Positions 47,812 through 60,790 of a DNA stretch of 64,000 nt are shown in pieces (the first letter of the stretch is position 1; each line of letters begins with the position of its first letter). The stretch lies in NCBI GenBank assembly GCA_965153285.1, contig OZ229111.1; one strand, given 5' to 3'. Position numbers and translations under genes: made by a program. Under the pieces are notes generated by a model. It was not told where the DNA came from and did not search any database. It was given only the letters and a program-made list of their open reading frames with translations. This stretch comes from Podarcis tiliguerta. Lineage: Eukaryota.

Positions 47812-50800
47812 CTCCCTGCTCAAACCATCAAGACAAGAAATTAAACTTGATTTAATCTCCACTGGGTTGCAGGGTCACAATAATAACTTAAAGGTGGGTT
47901 CTTCAGTGTCCCTAGCTTTCTTTAGCTCCAATTTACCTACCCTTTCTCTCCCCTCTCCCCAGCTCAGTAAATTTGGGGTGGTAGGAAAGCAGCAGGGGAT
48001 ATGAAGATGACTGACACTTAGGCCAGCTAATTATGGGCTAAGACAAACTTGGGTTAGTTTGTAATTAGAATGGAGGAAATTCTGGATTTTGGCCCCATCC
48101 ATTGTTGTTCAACTAGGGACTGCAGTGTTGGATTCCTCCAGCTTCTGATCTCTGACTAAGCCAGGCACTGGTGGGAAATTAAATGACAGCACGGCTATCT
48201 CAGCTTTTGTGTGCCATGCCCTTTTCAGTACTTAGGGTGGTGAGGCAGAAAGATGTAAACCATTTGTACTGCCCTAATCATGGCTGTTAAATTGAATGAA
48301 GAGCCATGCATATCTGAATAAAAACCAAAAACTATCAATGAAGAAGGCAATTTACTTCCCATGTTCATTGCTAAAAGGAATCATTTTGCAACTCTGTACT
48401 GCAAGGTCCATTTAACCAGTGTTGAATTGGCCCAGCTAATTACAGAGCTGTCATTTTAGATGAACTTGCAGCGTATAACACTCCTTCCTCGTGCTTTGTT
48501 TCTGCATCCCTTTTTTATTTATTATTGTACTCCATTATGCAGAAGTAGAAAAGCTTCCCCACCCCCCCTGCTGCTAGTATTTCCTTTCATCAGCACACTG
48601 ACTCAGTTGGTTCAAGCTTGACACGAAGCAATTTTGGATGCATCATTCATGTGAATCAGTGCTATGAGCAATCCTTTCACTAAAGGGGGGGGGGGAATAA
48701 AACAAAATAATGTATATGGAGGTAGGGGGGTACACTTTCTAATGAGTCAAAAAATTCTTCATAGAAATTCCCTCTGTTCTCCTCAGCGAGTGAGTGAATG
48801 AGGAATTGCAGTGGTGAATTCCGTTTTAAAAAAAAGATCAGATATATTAAAACCAAGTCTTTTGTGTGAGCTCGCTCTTTCTTTTTCTGTCATAAGAGAG
48901 TGCTGGTGTGTGTTAGTACAGAGTGCCGGAATACTGAAACACAGATTCCTTCTCCACCTCACCCCTGGTCTTTCATGAACTTTAAAAGGAATCTCAAACA
49001 GTTGAGATTTCCCAGAAGTCCTTATGTAACTTTCTGCACAGAACTAAGAGCACAGGAGGCAGAATGCTGATCAGGGAGAAGAGGGCTGTAGAGAGCTCTC
49101 CTGGTGGTACAAGCTGCCTGATGCATTGACAGCTGGCATCTTCTTGACTTTCATCATTTTTTCCTGTGCCTTCCAGAACACACGTGCCAAAAGTCAGGTT
49201 TGTTCTATGATCTCAAAGTCTGGCACAACAAAAGATACAAATTGTGTGCAGAAAGTTCTAGACTAAGTAGGGTGAGAAGATACTAGCCAAAGCTGAGCTT
49301 CGTCATGACCCTGGGGTCAGACTCCCCTTATTCAGCTGGATGAGGCTGGGGATTCAAGATGGGAGAGTGAATTGCTCTCAGGACCAACCCCAGATTACAT
49401 ACTAAGAAGCATTTGTGCAAGAGAAGCCCATTGCACCAATACCTCTACAGCCCAAGTAGATCATGTTGTCCTCCTCTGATTCAGCTCAGTGGAACCTCTG
49501 TCTCCCACACTCAGTCAGAGTCCATGACTGCTAAGGCAAGCTGGGCACCTTTAAACAAAATGTCTCTTCACACAGTTGGTGGAGCAAGTACTAAGCAAGT
49601 GAGCAAGTTTTAAACAGGGGAATGTAAAGATTTTGGTATCACATTGCAAAGGAAAAGTTAGGCCGGGGTAACCATCCCCTCCCAGATAATATAGACTACA
49701 ACTCCCATCATCCCTGTATATTGACCATGCTACCTGGGACAGATAGGAGTTGCAGTCCAAAACATCTGGAGGACACCACATTCATTAATCCTGGCTGTAT
49801 CCAGGTGGACTAGGAAGCATGGGAAGAGATGCCTAGATACTTCTGTGCATGGTTGCAGCAATGGCCAGGCTGTAGTTTGTTACATTTTGATGATTATCTG
49901 TATTATTCAGAGCAGACCCATTGAAACAAATGGATAATTTCAGTGGATCTTATCTGATTATGACTTAGTTTGGATATCACTCTTTGTACATTTATTTGTA
50001 ACCTACCTACAATCTGAAGTAATTGAAGTGGCTTCCTCCCCAACATCTCACACATCTCACCTGGGTAAATACAGAAAAGGAATGGGACCATGAAGTTTGA
50101 AAACGGTTGCCTTTGCGACATGGTGAAGAGGAGCTAATATTAAGTTTTGCTAGAACATGTACTGCTAAATCCATTGTGTGTCAGGCAATCAAACAATCAT
50201 TTGATCTGCATGAGCAAGTGAAAAGTCAAGAAGTTAGGCTGAAAGCTTTTTTTCCTGTCAAAAAGGAAACTGACCCATTTAACCAAGGCAGAGACATAAA
50301 TGAGGGTGTAGTCCATACACATCTGACTAAGTCATTGGGCAAAAGTTCACAACTAAACTATCAGAAGTCATTCTTTTGCCCTAAACGTTGTGTAAAAATT
50401 ATGTTAGGTGCAATCACAATACTGATGAGAGGGATTTTCTTTCCAGTGTGTATTGTTTTTCATATTCTCCTGGGGAAATAACAGTACCATTTCATTAGCA
50501 ATTAGTTATGACTGTTGGTGTGTGGTTTTTTTTTTTAAAAAAAATCATTGTCATCCTATTACAGCATCTATCTTAAATGAATAAGAGAGCTCAGCTTTCA
50601 AAGATCCTGTCACAGTTATGAAATACAGTCTAAATCTGGGTTGTAGATTATTTGAGACTGCTAATGTGCTCATATTCAAGTAAAATAACATGTCCAGGAA
50701 TCATTACCAGTCATACAACTAGACTCTATTAGCATTTATAATTTGACCTCTGAGTCTCTATGTCTAGTAGTAAATTGAAAGCATACTCATTAATTAAAGA

Positions 50801-51011
50801 GATTGTAATCTCCTTCTGGCAGGGATTTATCTTTTGCCTGTGAATATATGCAAACCAGCATATATCCTGATGCTGTTATATAAATAATAACCGTAAATAA
50901 TAATACTGAGTCTGGGACATTGTCACAGTTATAAGATCAGTATATAATATGATAAATTGGCCATAGGATTTAATTCGGAAATACATTCCTTTTTTCCCCT
51001 TTTGCTTCTAG

Positions 51012-51130
51012 GAGTTTCTTTCAACAGTGTTTACACACAGATTTGGAGAGTCCTCTTACACTTGGCTGCTGACCCATACCCAGATGTTTCAGACTTGGCT
51101 ATGAAAGTGCTCAACAGCATTGCTTACAAG
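51012..51130 (+). CDS. RPTOR: RPTOR exon (~21), 119 nt: (G)VSFNSVYTQIWRVLLHLAADPYPDVSDLAMKVLNSIAYK
   Basis: ttctag|GAGTTT...TACAAG|gtaaac. Confidence 0.97.
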
Positions 51131-54100
51131 GTAAACTATTGAGTTCTCAAGATTTCGCAAACTATAAATAAGTGGCTCTTGCACTTCTCCTTTTGGAAGG
51201 CTTTCTGTAATAATGTTACCAGTCAGTGAGAGCTTGTAGAATAAATTCTCACATAAATTTGCTTATTTTGGTTGTTACTTTTTATTTATAGTCTACTTTA
51301 ATCGAAGAGCTATAGCCTGAGGAATAGCACTTAAAATGAAAAGAAATAGTTAATTCTCCACACCCTGCCAAAAAACAAACAAACATGCAATCTAAATCAG
51401 GTACAGGTCATACAGAGGGGAAGGGGAAATTTTAAAATTATGCATTATGTTATTAGACTGCATGTGCCTTAATCCCATTAATAAACTTATTCTGATTTCC
51501 TGTAGCAGTCCCCTTCCCAAAAACACAATATACAGCTATTCATCCTAGTTCAGCTCTGCTTTTGTGGAGGGGCTGAAACTTAACTCTTAACTTTGTTCTT
51601 CTTCGCCTTCTGCAACTCTGCCCTCTGAGGGGAGAAAGAAAAAGGAGAGTAGATGCTCAAACAGCTCCAGAAGAGCATAATAGGCAATTGCTAGCAGGAA
51701 GATAGCAGTTATTAGAAGGAACTGAATTATGTAACATGAATAACCCTGTAGACAGGGCTTTCCTTTAATGTCTAGCTAGTAAATTTGACTTGCGGTTTTG
51801 GTTATTTTCTTTGCAAACTCATTTAGATTATGCAAGTGAGAGTAAGACTGGATTGCAGATTGAAGCCACAACTGCTGCCCAGTGCAGGTGATCTAGTACA
51901 TGTGAGTCAGCATGCAGACACCCCATCCCACTCCTCACTTCTCCTGTATGGATTGAAAGCACCACCATTATTGCTATTCTTCATTTTGCAAGGATGATGT
52001 GTGTTTCACTCCAGAGGCTGCCATCACTGCTGTTTTTGGAATTATTAGCTCAAATAGTGTTGATAACTGGGCTGTTTTGGAAATCACTTGTGATAACAAA
52101 TCTTCTACCACAAACAAAGCACTACCTAAACATTTAGATAATATTTGCTCTTGAAAATACTACCCCCATCACTCTCTAGATTGCAGCTAGGGGCTATTTG
52201 GATATTGTCTTTCTTATGTTCTTGGCTCAAGCCCTTCTGGTTGCTCCAACAAACAAACAAACATGAGCCAGTCCAACATGAGGTAAGATCTCTTGCTGAT
52301 TATTCATTCCAACAATGTAGCTCAAGAACTTGAGGCTAAATGTGCTATGAGAGATGTCACTATTTTAGTGCGCTGAGAGGTGTCCTGTTTAAACCTGTTG
52401 TTCTCCTTACAGTGCTATTTTTTCTTTTAAAATGTTTCTTTACTGGCACTCAAGACCCACTGATTAATCTCAGCTGATCGGCTAAATCTCTTTGGGTAGT
52501 TTTACGACACTGTACCAGACGAATTTAAGCATAAGGAATGAAAAATCTCGTACCTGATACTGAAAATGAATGAAGGGGGAGATTTATATTTTAAATCTCT
52601 GTTCTTGCTCGTATCATTGTTACACTTACATTCATAAGATAAAGCGATCAACAATATGGATCAACAGTATGCATGCACATATACAGTGCACTTACCTGTA
52701 GGCCAGGTTTCTGCTACTTAGATACAATAGAGTATGAGTATGACAGTTCTGGGTAATCCTTTCTTGCAACAAGGTGATTTAGCAAGCATGGCCTGCAGAT
52801 TGAGTCACCATCATTTTAAGGTGGTGATTTTTTCCCATGGTGATTTTTCTACAGCTCTTCCTTTCAACCAGTATAATAATAGAATTATTCAATGATGCCT
52901 CTGGCTATTTGCACATATTGGAATTAAAGCTGATGTACTTTCATGTGTGGCATAACAGAATTGCAAGGTGGACAGGATCTATGATGGACCATGCCATTCC
53001 CAACTTCCAGGAAATATATAGAGATGATATATAACAGGAAGCACTACTCAGCTATATGATTCGCTTTTCCCATCGTTCACTTTGGTTATACAGTTGCTGC
53101 TGCCAAATCAGTTAATGGGTTTGGTATGATAATACTTTAAATCATTTTGGAACTAGTGGCATTGGCATGGCTTAGAAGCAAGGTCTTCCAATAAGTGGTT
53201 ATATATGCTCATTCAAAGGGAGCTCAGACAGCAATCAATGAATAGTGGTATTATCTACCATCTCTGTCAAAGTTGCCTTTTCTCTCCATCTTGAAAGTGC
53301 CAAACTTGATATGATAGAAGCTGAGGTGTCCAGGCAGTACCACATTTTATATGGTTGGTAGGCACACGTGTGCTATTTGTTTCTGGAGGAGGAAGAGGAG
53401 TCCTATTGTGACTTCTTCATCATAATTATGGATGGGCAGTATTCCCTTTGAATAGCATCACCAGGTAAATAAAAATTTCATTATATTTCTGGACACCACA
53501 ACCTGCATTTCTGTTTATACTTTATACTTTATACAATATACATCACCATATTTTGGAGGGAACCATTTCCTTAGCTTCCAAATAAATTACACACACACAC
53601 ACACAACCCAAATGCTTTGTGGTTATATCGCTAAGGAAAACCCATGGCAATTGTGCAGGTCCTCAGACTTGGAAGGGGAGAGGCCATGTCCCACAACAGT
53701 CAAAGAAGCTTGGGATAGCTCAAGTCCAGATGGCCTTAGAATTTGCAAATATGATAAGGTTAATATGTGTGACTGCAGAAACCAGGGATTGGGAAATAGT
53801 AAAGGGAGCAGAAAGTGTTCTTTGTGGCCAAGGATTTTAGCTGCTGCCAATTATTCACCTGCCATTCATCCTTTGTGTCTCCTACTCTTTGAGCTTTTAC
53901 AACATCATGTAGAATAAATAAATTGTGGCATTTCACATTTGGCGTACTTGTTCAGATAGTCTTTTAACCTGGTGGTAATAGATGTTTTCTGCTCACACAA
54001 GAATTTCTGGATCACATCCCAGAATGTACTATGCATTTTCTTGGCTCCATAAAGAAGACAACAGAAAATGGCTACGCTTTTTGGCAGGGTGTTGTTGAGT

Positions 54101-55194
54101 ATTCTTTGGTGGAATGGGAAATGCAGTGGAAACCTAAGTGTTTGATACATAACTGACAGTTATCATATAGAAAAAGGAACTGTTGCAGTGACCTCTTGCG
54201 TGTCCCATGAAACAGTGCTGACATAACATTGAGCACTGATTGTGTTTACCTCGTGATGATTACTGGTATTGCTGAGCAGACAGGATATCTGCACTTGTGA
54301 TAGGTCAGCAAAGGTTCATTATAAAGTGTCGATTCATATGTTTATTATAAGTAAACTTCATAAATGGTTGCAGCTTGTGCTTGAATCTACCCTTTTGAAG
54401 TCATGATAGATCTCATGCATCTCAGACCATTACATCATTGCCTAGGTTCTAGTTTTATGGCATTTCATTATAGTGACCGACCATACAACCTTTATCTCTC
54501 ATCTCTGCTTTTTAAAATTTAGGATGATTTGACAACTCAGCATAGGTTGAATTGTGCTTTTGCTGTTGAGCAAATTTCATTCATCACAGAGGGCTTCCAG
54601 TGGGACAACTATTTTGATGTGGTTGTAAAAATATTATGTTATATTTTAGCACCTGGAATGATGGTATGAATACTCCAGAGCGTTTCTAGCAGAGATTCCT
54701 ACTTGCTATGTTCTGCAAAGATGTGAAGTATGATACACTTGATCTTGAAGCATCAGATCAGCTTTATTTATACAATTGGTCCATTATAAAATTTAACTGA
54801 CATGGCAGACCCCAAACAACATAGAATGCTGCCCATCACATGAAGTATGATACACACTAAACACCCATCAATCCAAAACTCACTCCTAAATCATGTGAAC
54901 TCTTATCTTGAAGCATTGCAAGGCCAGTTACCATGGTAAAAATGGAAACTTTTCATCAACACATCAAAATGTTCATTTAAGTTTGCCCTGACTGTCTTTT
55001 TTAAGAAGCTAATAAAATGTGGACTTGCATGACTCTACACATGCACCAAAACAGTAAGGTTTGGCTCTGTTCAATGAATTAACTTTCATTCTGGGTAGAA
55101 TTGAAATATACACAATGGCAGTGTACATGTTGGCACACTAAAGAGTTTGTGTTCCTTGGCCCTGTCTACCCAGGCTGTCAACCTTCCTTGTTTT

Positions 55195-55551
55195 AAAGGT
55201 AAAGGTGAAGGGACCCCTGACCATTAGGTCCAGTCGTGGCCGACTCTGGGGTTGCGGCGCTCATCTCGCTTTATTGGCCGAGGGAGCCGGCGTACAGCTT
55301 CCGGGTCATGTGGCCAGCATGACTAAGCCGCTTCTGGCGAACCAGAGCAGCGCACGGAAACGCCGTTTACCTTCCCGCCGGAGCGGTACCTATTTATCTA
55401 CTTGCACTTTGACGTGCTTTCGAACTGCTCGGTTGGCAGGAGCAGGGACCGAGCAACGGGAGCTCACCCCGTCGCGGGGATTCAAACCACCGACCTTTTG
55501 ATCGGCAAGTCCTAGGCTCTGTGGTTTAACCCACAGCGCCACCCACGTCCC
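55195..55551 (-). mobile_element. Sauria SINE, full length
   Basis: Close match to the 26007 copy; TSD ttcctt(g/a)ttttaa. Confidence 0.93.
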
Positions 55552-57583
55552 TTTTCCTTATTTTAAGTTTCTAAATTTAGCTGTAAGGGACTACCTACAA
55601 ACTACTTTAATTATATATACAATCATACATTTGTTTCCCCTTCTTTCTTATGAATAATTCCAAACCAGCATGTCAAAAGATTTTGCCTCCAGATTAGCAA
55701 GATTGCAAACCTTTGACATCAGAATATATAACAAGAGTATTAACAAGGCCTTGAGCTACTGGAAGGGATGTATTGCTTCAGAAGCTGCTGTACATCTTGG
55801 CTGTGGTGTTAGGGCAAACAGTTTAGGGGCCTAAACATCTTCTCTTCTTTCAGTATTGTGTACCACCAAACACAGACAAATACTGTTGTTCGAATCATAA
55901 CAATATTGTTATTAATGCTAAATATTTCAGTTCCGATCCAAAGTTCCTGCTGCAGAAAGCTGTCCTCTGAAAAGCCTCCCTAAAAGGTCTCCTAGCTTCC
56001 TGAAGTCAGTTTTATTTGCAGAGAAGGAAGGAAAGCTGTTTCCTCCTATCTTAACATAAGTGCCTTCCATATTGCAAGCTAATCTGTGGCCCTCCAGGTG
56101 TTGCTAGACTACAGCTTTATAGCTTCAACCACCCCTGACCTTTGACCATGGAGTCCAACAATATATGGATGTATCCTGGATTTAACCTATAACTAAAAGC
56201 CTTTGAGTATTTCTTTGGAATATTGGGAAACATAAAGTATGTTTCCAGTTCTGGTGTGACTTGCAGGTTCCCTGTGAAGAAACTAGCCTACACCACTGAT
56301 GAGGGTCAGATGGAGAAGAATCTTTTGTCCGGTCCTAGAAGACCATATAAAGGTTCTGGGTTTTAATAACTGCATGTCCTCAACAGAAGAGAATCAGCAG
56401 GGGAATAAGCGTTAGACAATAAGGGTTTCAAAAATATAATTTACTGCTACACAAATTCCATAGCCATCTAAGACATGATGGAGAGCCAATTTGATCCCAA
56501 AATGTAACCTGTCACGCTGGCTGTTCCAGCAGCAGCTTCTCACTCTTATAGATGTGGCTGTTATTACATCAACTGCAATTTCCCCGATCAAGGGTATAGT
56601 GCTAGTGATGGCCTTGAACCTTTTCCTAATGAGCTGGGGAGGAGAGAAGAAAACTGCCTCAAAAGGCCAGCTCAACAAGGTGAAATCTGAAGGAGAGAGG
56701 CAATATGTGCCCTCAAGCACGGCTGCTGCAATCATCCAGTTTGCACCCAGCAATTTTGGGTGTAAAGTGCAAATGCAGGTACAATTGGAAAATGGCCTGC
56801 TGTTCATGCTATTTATTTCCCTGAGTTCCCAAATGCCTTGTCAGTGGCTCTTTACACCTTTTGTGTAAACTGCAGAGATCTTAATGGTCATAGTTTCAGT
56901 CTCTTTTGGATTTGACACACCCCTATAAGTGAAGTGTCTGCTGAATAAGAAGCCTGGTTTTTCACACTTCTTTGCCTGTTGTTCCCATCTCTCCCTTATC
57001 TAAGATTTCTAAAGGCAGTGAAAGAAGCTTATCTGAATACCTTTTGGGAATTGCAAGAGCTGCTGCACATATTTTCCTGCTTCTTTGTTGTTATGGTTGT
57101 TGTTGGTTTTAAAGTTATTGCTGCTGTTGTTTCTGAAGTTATTGCCTCAGCATCTATTACCTCACGCCAGCCCAGTATCTCAAGTGAATTTGGGGGGAAG
57201 TGTCTCCAGTTATGAGGTCAGATAGTAGTTTTTCTCCCCTGAACGCAGAGGGAATTTTATTCCATCTATGGTTTCAGGTGGGTTAAGATACTTTTATAAA
57301 GCACCATTTGTCCATTTGTTTGCAGATTTGAATGTTCTAGTTTCTGGTAATCTGTCACCACAGTATATTGGAAGGGACTTTTGCTGAGGCATCAAGTTGA
57401 AGTTGGGCATTTTGGTCAGATTGGTCATTTTAATGAGTTTTTTTATTTTATAAAGGTAACCTCATTTGCCTGTTTTCCATTGCCAAATCCTGCCCCCAAA
57501 GTACCAATGCAAATGTTAACATATTATATCTTGCATATGAATTAGGAACCTTTTATTAATAGGCATCAGATGAACCCTTATGT

Positions 57584-57704
57584 CAGGCCCTCTAGCTGTT
57601 TTGGGACTACAATTCCCATCATCCCTGACCACTGGTCCTGTTAGTTAGGGATGTTGGGAGTTGTAGTCCCAAAACAACTGGAGAGCCAAGTTTGGCCATG
57701 CCTG
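57584..57704. mobile_element. Palindromic hAT MITE (left arm partly deleted)
   Basis: CAGGC...GCCTG termini; perfect 8-bp TSD ccttatgt. Confidence 0.88.
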
Positions 57705-57884
57705 CCTTATGTCGTAAGTGCATATATCTAAGTTGTATAGCAATACTATAGCAATGCTGAAGACTGCTTCCACTTCCCACCATTGATATTGAGGTTCAGT
57801 AAGGTTATTCCTGGTGGTAAAAATAATTTTATTCCTATGATTGGCATTTGTTCTTTCTCAGTTTTTCCATTCTTTCTTTCCTAG

Positions 57885-57988
57885 GCGACGGTAAATGCCC
57901 GCCCCCAGCGCATCCTTGATACTTCTTCCCTCACACAGTCTGCCCCAGCCAGTCCTACCAACAAGGGCATGCACATACACCAAGTGGG
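57885..57988 (+). CDS. RPTOR: RPTOR exon (~22), 104 nt: ATVNARPQRILDTSSLTQSAPASPTNKGMHIHQV(G)
   Basis: tcctag|GCGACG...GTGGG|gtaaga; contains S855/S859/S863-equivalent sites. Confidence 0.97.
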
Positions 57989-58518
57989 GTAAGAACTACA
58001 TCTTAAATCCCTTGTTATTCATAGCTGATTTTGTGCTTAAGGAGCAGTGTGTATCTGTGTGCCATGCAGACATTCAGCTGTCTGGAGAGGTAAGCTATGG
58101 TATATTTCACATAAGGGGACAATTTAGGACAAATTTCTCTCTCTGTAAAACTGATCTGACAATCCTTGCATTGAAGGCTGCAACACTGCAAAAGTATCCC
58201 TCTAAACTGACCCTGACTCATCCCACATTAGAGATGCTTTCAAATCCCTTTGCCAAAAGTTAGTCAGAAGTGACATATACAGTGTCCTATGTAACTCTGT
58301 TGAAGCCATCAAAGGAGGAGATTAATCTCTGTGTTGGAAAAAGTGTTGATCTCATCCTATAATGTCTGAAATGTGACACAAATGGTTTTTCCCTCCCTGA
58401 GGCTAGGAGAATGTATTGGGAAGTTGTTGCATTGTCTGTTTCCTAAAACTTATATTCAGTTATTTAAAATGCTACCTTTCAGACATTATAGGATACACAC
58501 TTTTCCTTGGTTTTTGAA

Positions 58519-58668
58519 TGACCATAACTCTGTAGTAGAGCATCTGCTTTGACTGCGCAAGTTCCTAGGTTCAGGCCCTGGTTATCTCCAAATAAGGCTG
58601 GGAGACCACAGTCTGAAACCCTGGAGAATTGATGCCAGTTGCCAGTCACATGAATGGTCTGACTCAGT
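58519..58668 (+). mobile_element. tRNA-derived SINE (Squam3-like)
   Basis: gtagagcatctgcttt..aggttca..ggctgggaga..gtctgaaaccctggaga. Confidence 0.65.
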
Positions 58669-59124
58669 TCCAGATGAGATTGTGGGGTAGGGGATAATGC
58701 ACCAAATATAATGCATGGCTTTTAGGTACTAATTAGAAGTGGAAAAAGTTTCTCAGAACATACGTTCTTCATTTGTGCTTAGTAACCCTTCCGTCAGAGA
58801 AGGGTTGCAGATAGGGGGATATGATTTTACAACTGCTGCATCAAGGCTTCCGCAGGGATTTCCAACATTAATTTCAAATGTCAGTTTTCCCTTTATAATC
58901 TCAACTCTGGCCAAAGGCCAACTGGTACCACTTGGGGGGTGGGGTGGAAAAGCACCTAGTGTTGAAAAACAGAATGGCTTCACCCACAAGAATAAATAAA
59001 GTGGAAAACTTAAATTTGTAGTTGCAAAAGGCCATCTTCTGCAGCAGTCTGATTTCATACTCTGCTGGTAAAACGATATCCAGTACAGCAATATTTCCAC
59101 CCATATTTGATTTCCCATTTCTAG

Positions 59125-59308
59125 AGGATCTCCACCAACCACCAGCACCAGTAGCTCCAGCTTGACTAATGATGTGACAAAGCAGCCGGTCAACCGGGAC
59201 CTGTCATCTGTAAGACCTGCAAATGTGGGCAACATGGGGGTGCAATACACTCCACACTCCCACCAGTTTCCTAGGACAAGGAAAATGTTTGACAAGGGCC
59301 CAGATCAG
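59125..59308 (+). CDS. RPTOR: RPTOR exon (~23), 184 nt: (G)GSPPTTSTSSSSLTNDVTKQPVNRDLSSVRPANVGNMGVQYTPHSHQFPRTRKMFDKGPDQ
   Basis: ttctag|AGGATC...GATCAG|gtaaga; includes the conserved 'claw' YTPHSHQFPRTRKMFDKG. Confidence 0.96.
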
Positions 59309-59739
59309 GTAAGATCATAGTCTTCCCTGTCTCGTTGTACTCCAGTCCCTGAAATAACTCTCATTTGTTTTGCTTCTTCTCCAGTTTTTGCTATGCCATC
59401 TTTAATTTTCCTGTAATCCTGGCAATACAAATAAGATATTTATTTATTGTTGTTAGCTTTACAACTTAAAAAAAAATCAAAATAAAAAAACAACCACCAC
59501 CATGTGACTTAACAACAAAACAAAAGACAATAAATGCAACAGATTTATTGCATATAACAGATTTTTAAAATTGCCCCCCCCCCTAATTTTATCCTTGAAA
59601 TGACCTGTGAAGGTAGGGTAGGCAGAGAGATAGTGACTAGCCCAAGGTCACCTGGTGAGCTTCATAGCTTGAGTCCTTCAGTCCTTTACACTATACTGTG
59701 ACAAATGCAGCAAGAAAAAAAATGTAGAGTACAAGTTCT

Positions 59740-60078
59740 GGATGCGGGGGGCGTTGTGGGTTAAACCACAGAGCCTAGGGCTTGCCGATCAGAAGGTCGG
59801 TGGTTCGAATTCCCGCGGCAGGGTGAGCTCCCATTGCTCGATCCCAGCTCCTGCCAACCTAGCAGTTCAAAAGCATGCAGTGCAAGTAGATAAATAGGTA
59901 CCACTCCGGCAGGAAGGTAAACAGCGTTTCCGTGTGCTGCTCTGGTTCGCCAGAAGTGGCTTAGTCATGCTGGCCACATGCTGTACGCTGGCTTCCTCGG
60001 CCAGTAAACCGAGATGAGCACCGCAACCCCAGAGTCATCCTCGACTGGACCAAATGGTCAGGGGTCCCTTTACCTTTA
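59740..60078 (+). mobile_element. Sauria SINE, full length
   Basis: Head GGATGCGGGGGGCGTTGTGGGTTAAACCAC, tail CCCTTTACCTTTA; 12-bp TSD tacaagttctgg. Confidence 0.92.
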
Positions 60079-60752
60079 CAAGTTCTGGTGCTGATCAATC
60101 TGAGCGGAAAATACAAGTGAAGGCAGTCCTTTAGATACGATAGTCATAACCTAGTATAATAATGTGATACAGGAAAAATCTCTGGCAGCTAGAAATGTGA
60201 TACTATGCCTACAATCTTTTCCAGCCTCTCTTCCTCACTGCATATTTTTGCCATTCTTGATGGCATGCAATTTTTCTCCATGAAAATACGGTTTCCTTTT
60301 GTAACCTAATTCTGTTAATGCATCTTGAGAAAGGCTTCTTCAAGCGCTACGCTTTTGTGTGAACTTATAGCTTGCAGAATAAACACTGTGGTTTAGTGTT
60401 TTAAAACCTTTTTGAGATAGGTACATATGTCAGGGATCTTTCAGTTGGGCTCTGTCTCTCTGCAGTGTTGACTATAAGGGGAAACACTTGTAGCCGTAAG
60501 TCTCAGGAGCCATTCAGGTTACCAGATGCAATTTAGAAGCGGGCTTCTTTTTTCTGTAGTATTTTCATAGAAAGGATATTTGAATGTGGACATGCCAGTT
60601 TCTCTTGTCATTTTGGTGTCATTTCACCTTCTGAAATTCTCCCTTTTATACTTCTACTGAAGACCCAGGTGCCCTGTTCAATATTAAAATCGGCACCCTA
60701 GAGAATACAGGTCTCTGCCTCTTAGACAGCATTAATATACTTTTCACTAGGC

Positions 60753-60755
<3 letters not shown>

Positions 60756-60788
<33 letters not shown>
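60756..60788 (+). repeat. (TG)n microsatellite
   Basis: Seen directly. Confidence 0.95.

Positions 60789-60790
<2 letters not shown>

Noticed and set aside
53905-54150. Possible Penelope GIY-YIG remnant (KTSITTRLKDY)
   Set aside because: Too short and too degenerate to support.
25951-55501. Three similar ORFs (25951, 29986, 55205; ...KRRLPS...TYLSTCTL) that look like a small gene family
   Set aside because: They are antisense translations of GC-rich Sauria SINE copies, with non-ATG starts and frame differences between copies.
56412-56868. Overlapping 131-aa and 125-aa ORFs
   Set aside because: No ATG context, domain or splice support; the region may be non-coding regulatory sequence.
58753-59295. 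180-aa antisense ORF
   Set aside because: It shadows RPTOR exon 23 and runs into intron; non-ATG start and no recognisable domain.
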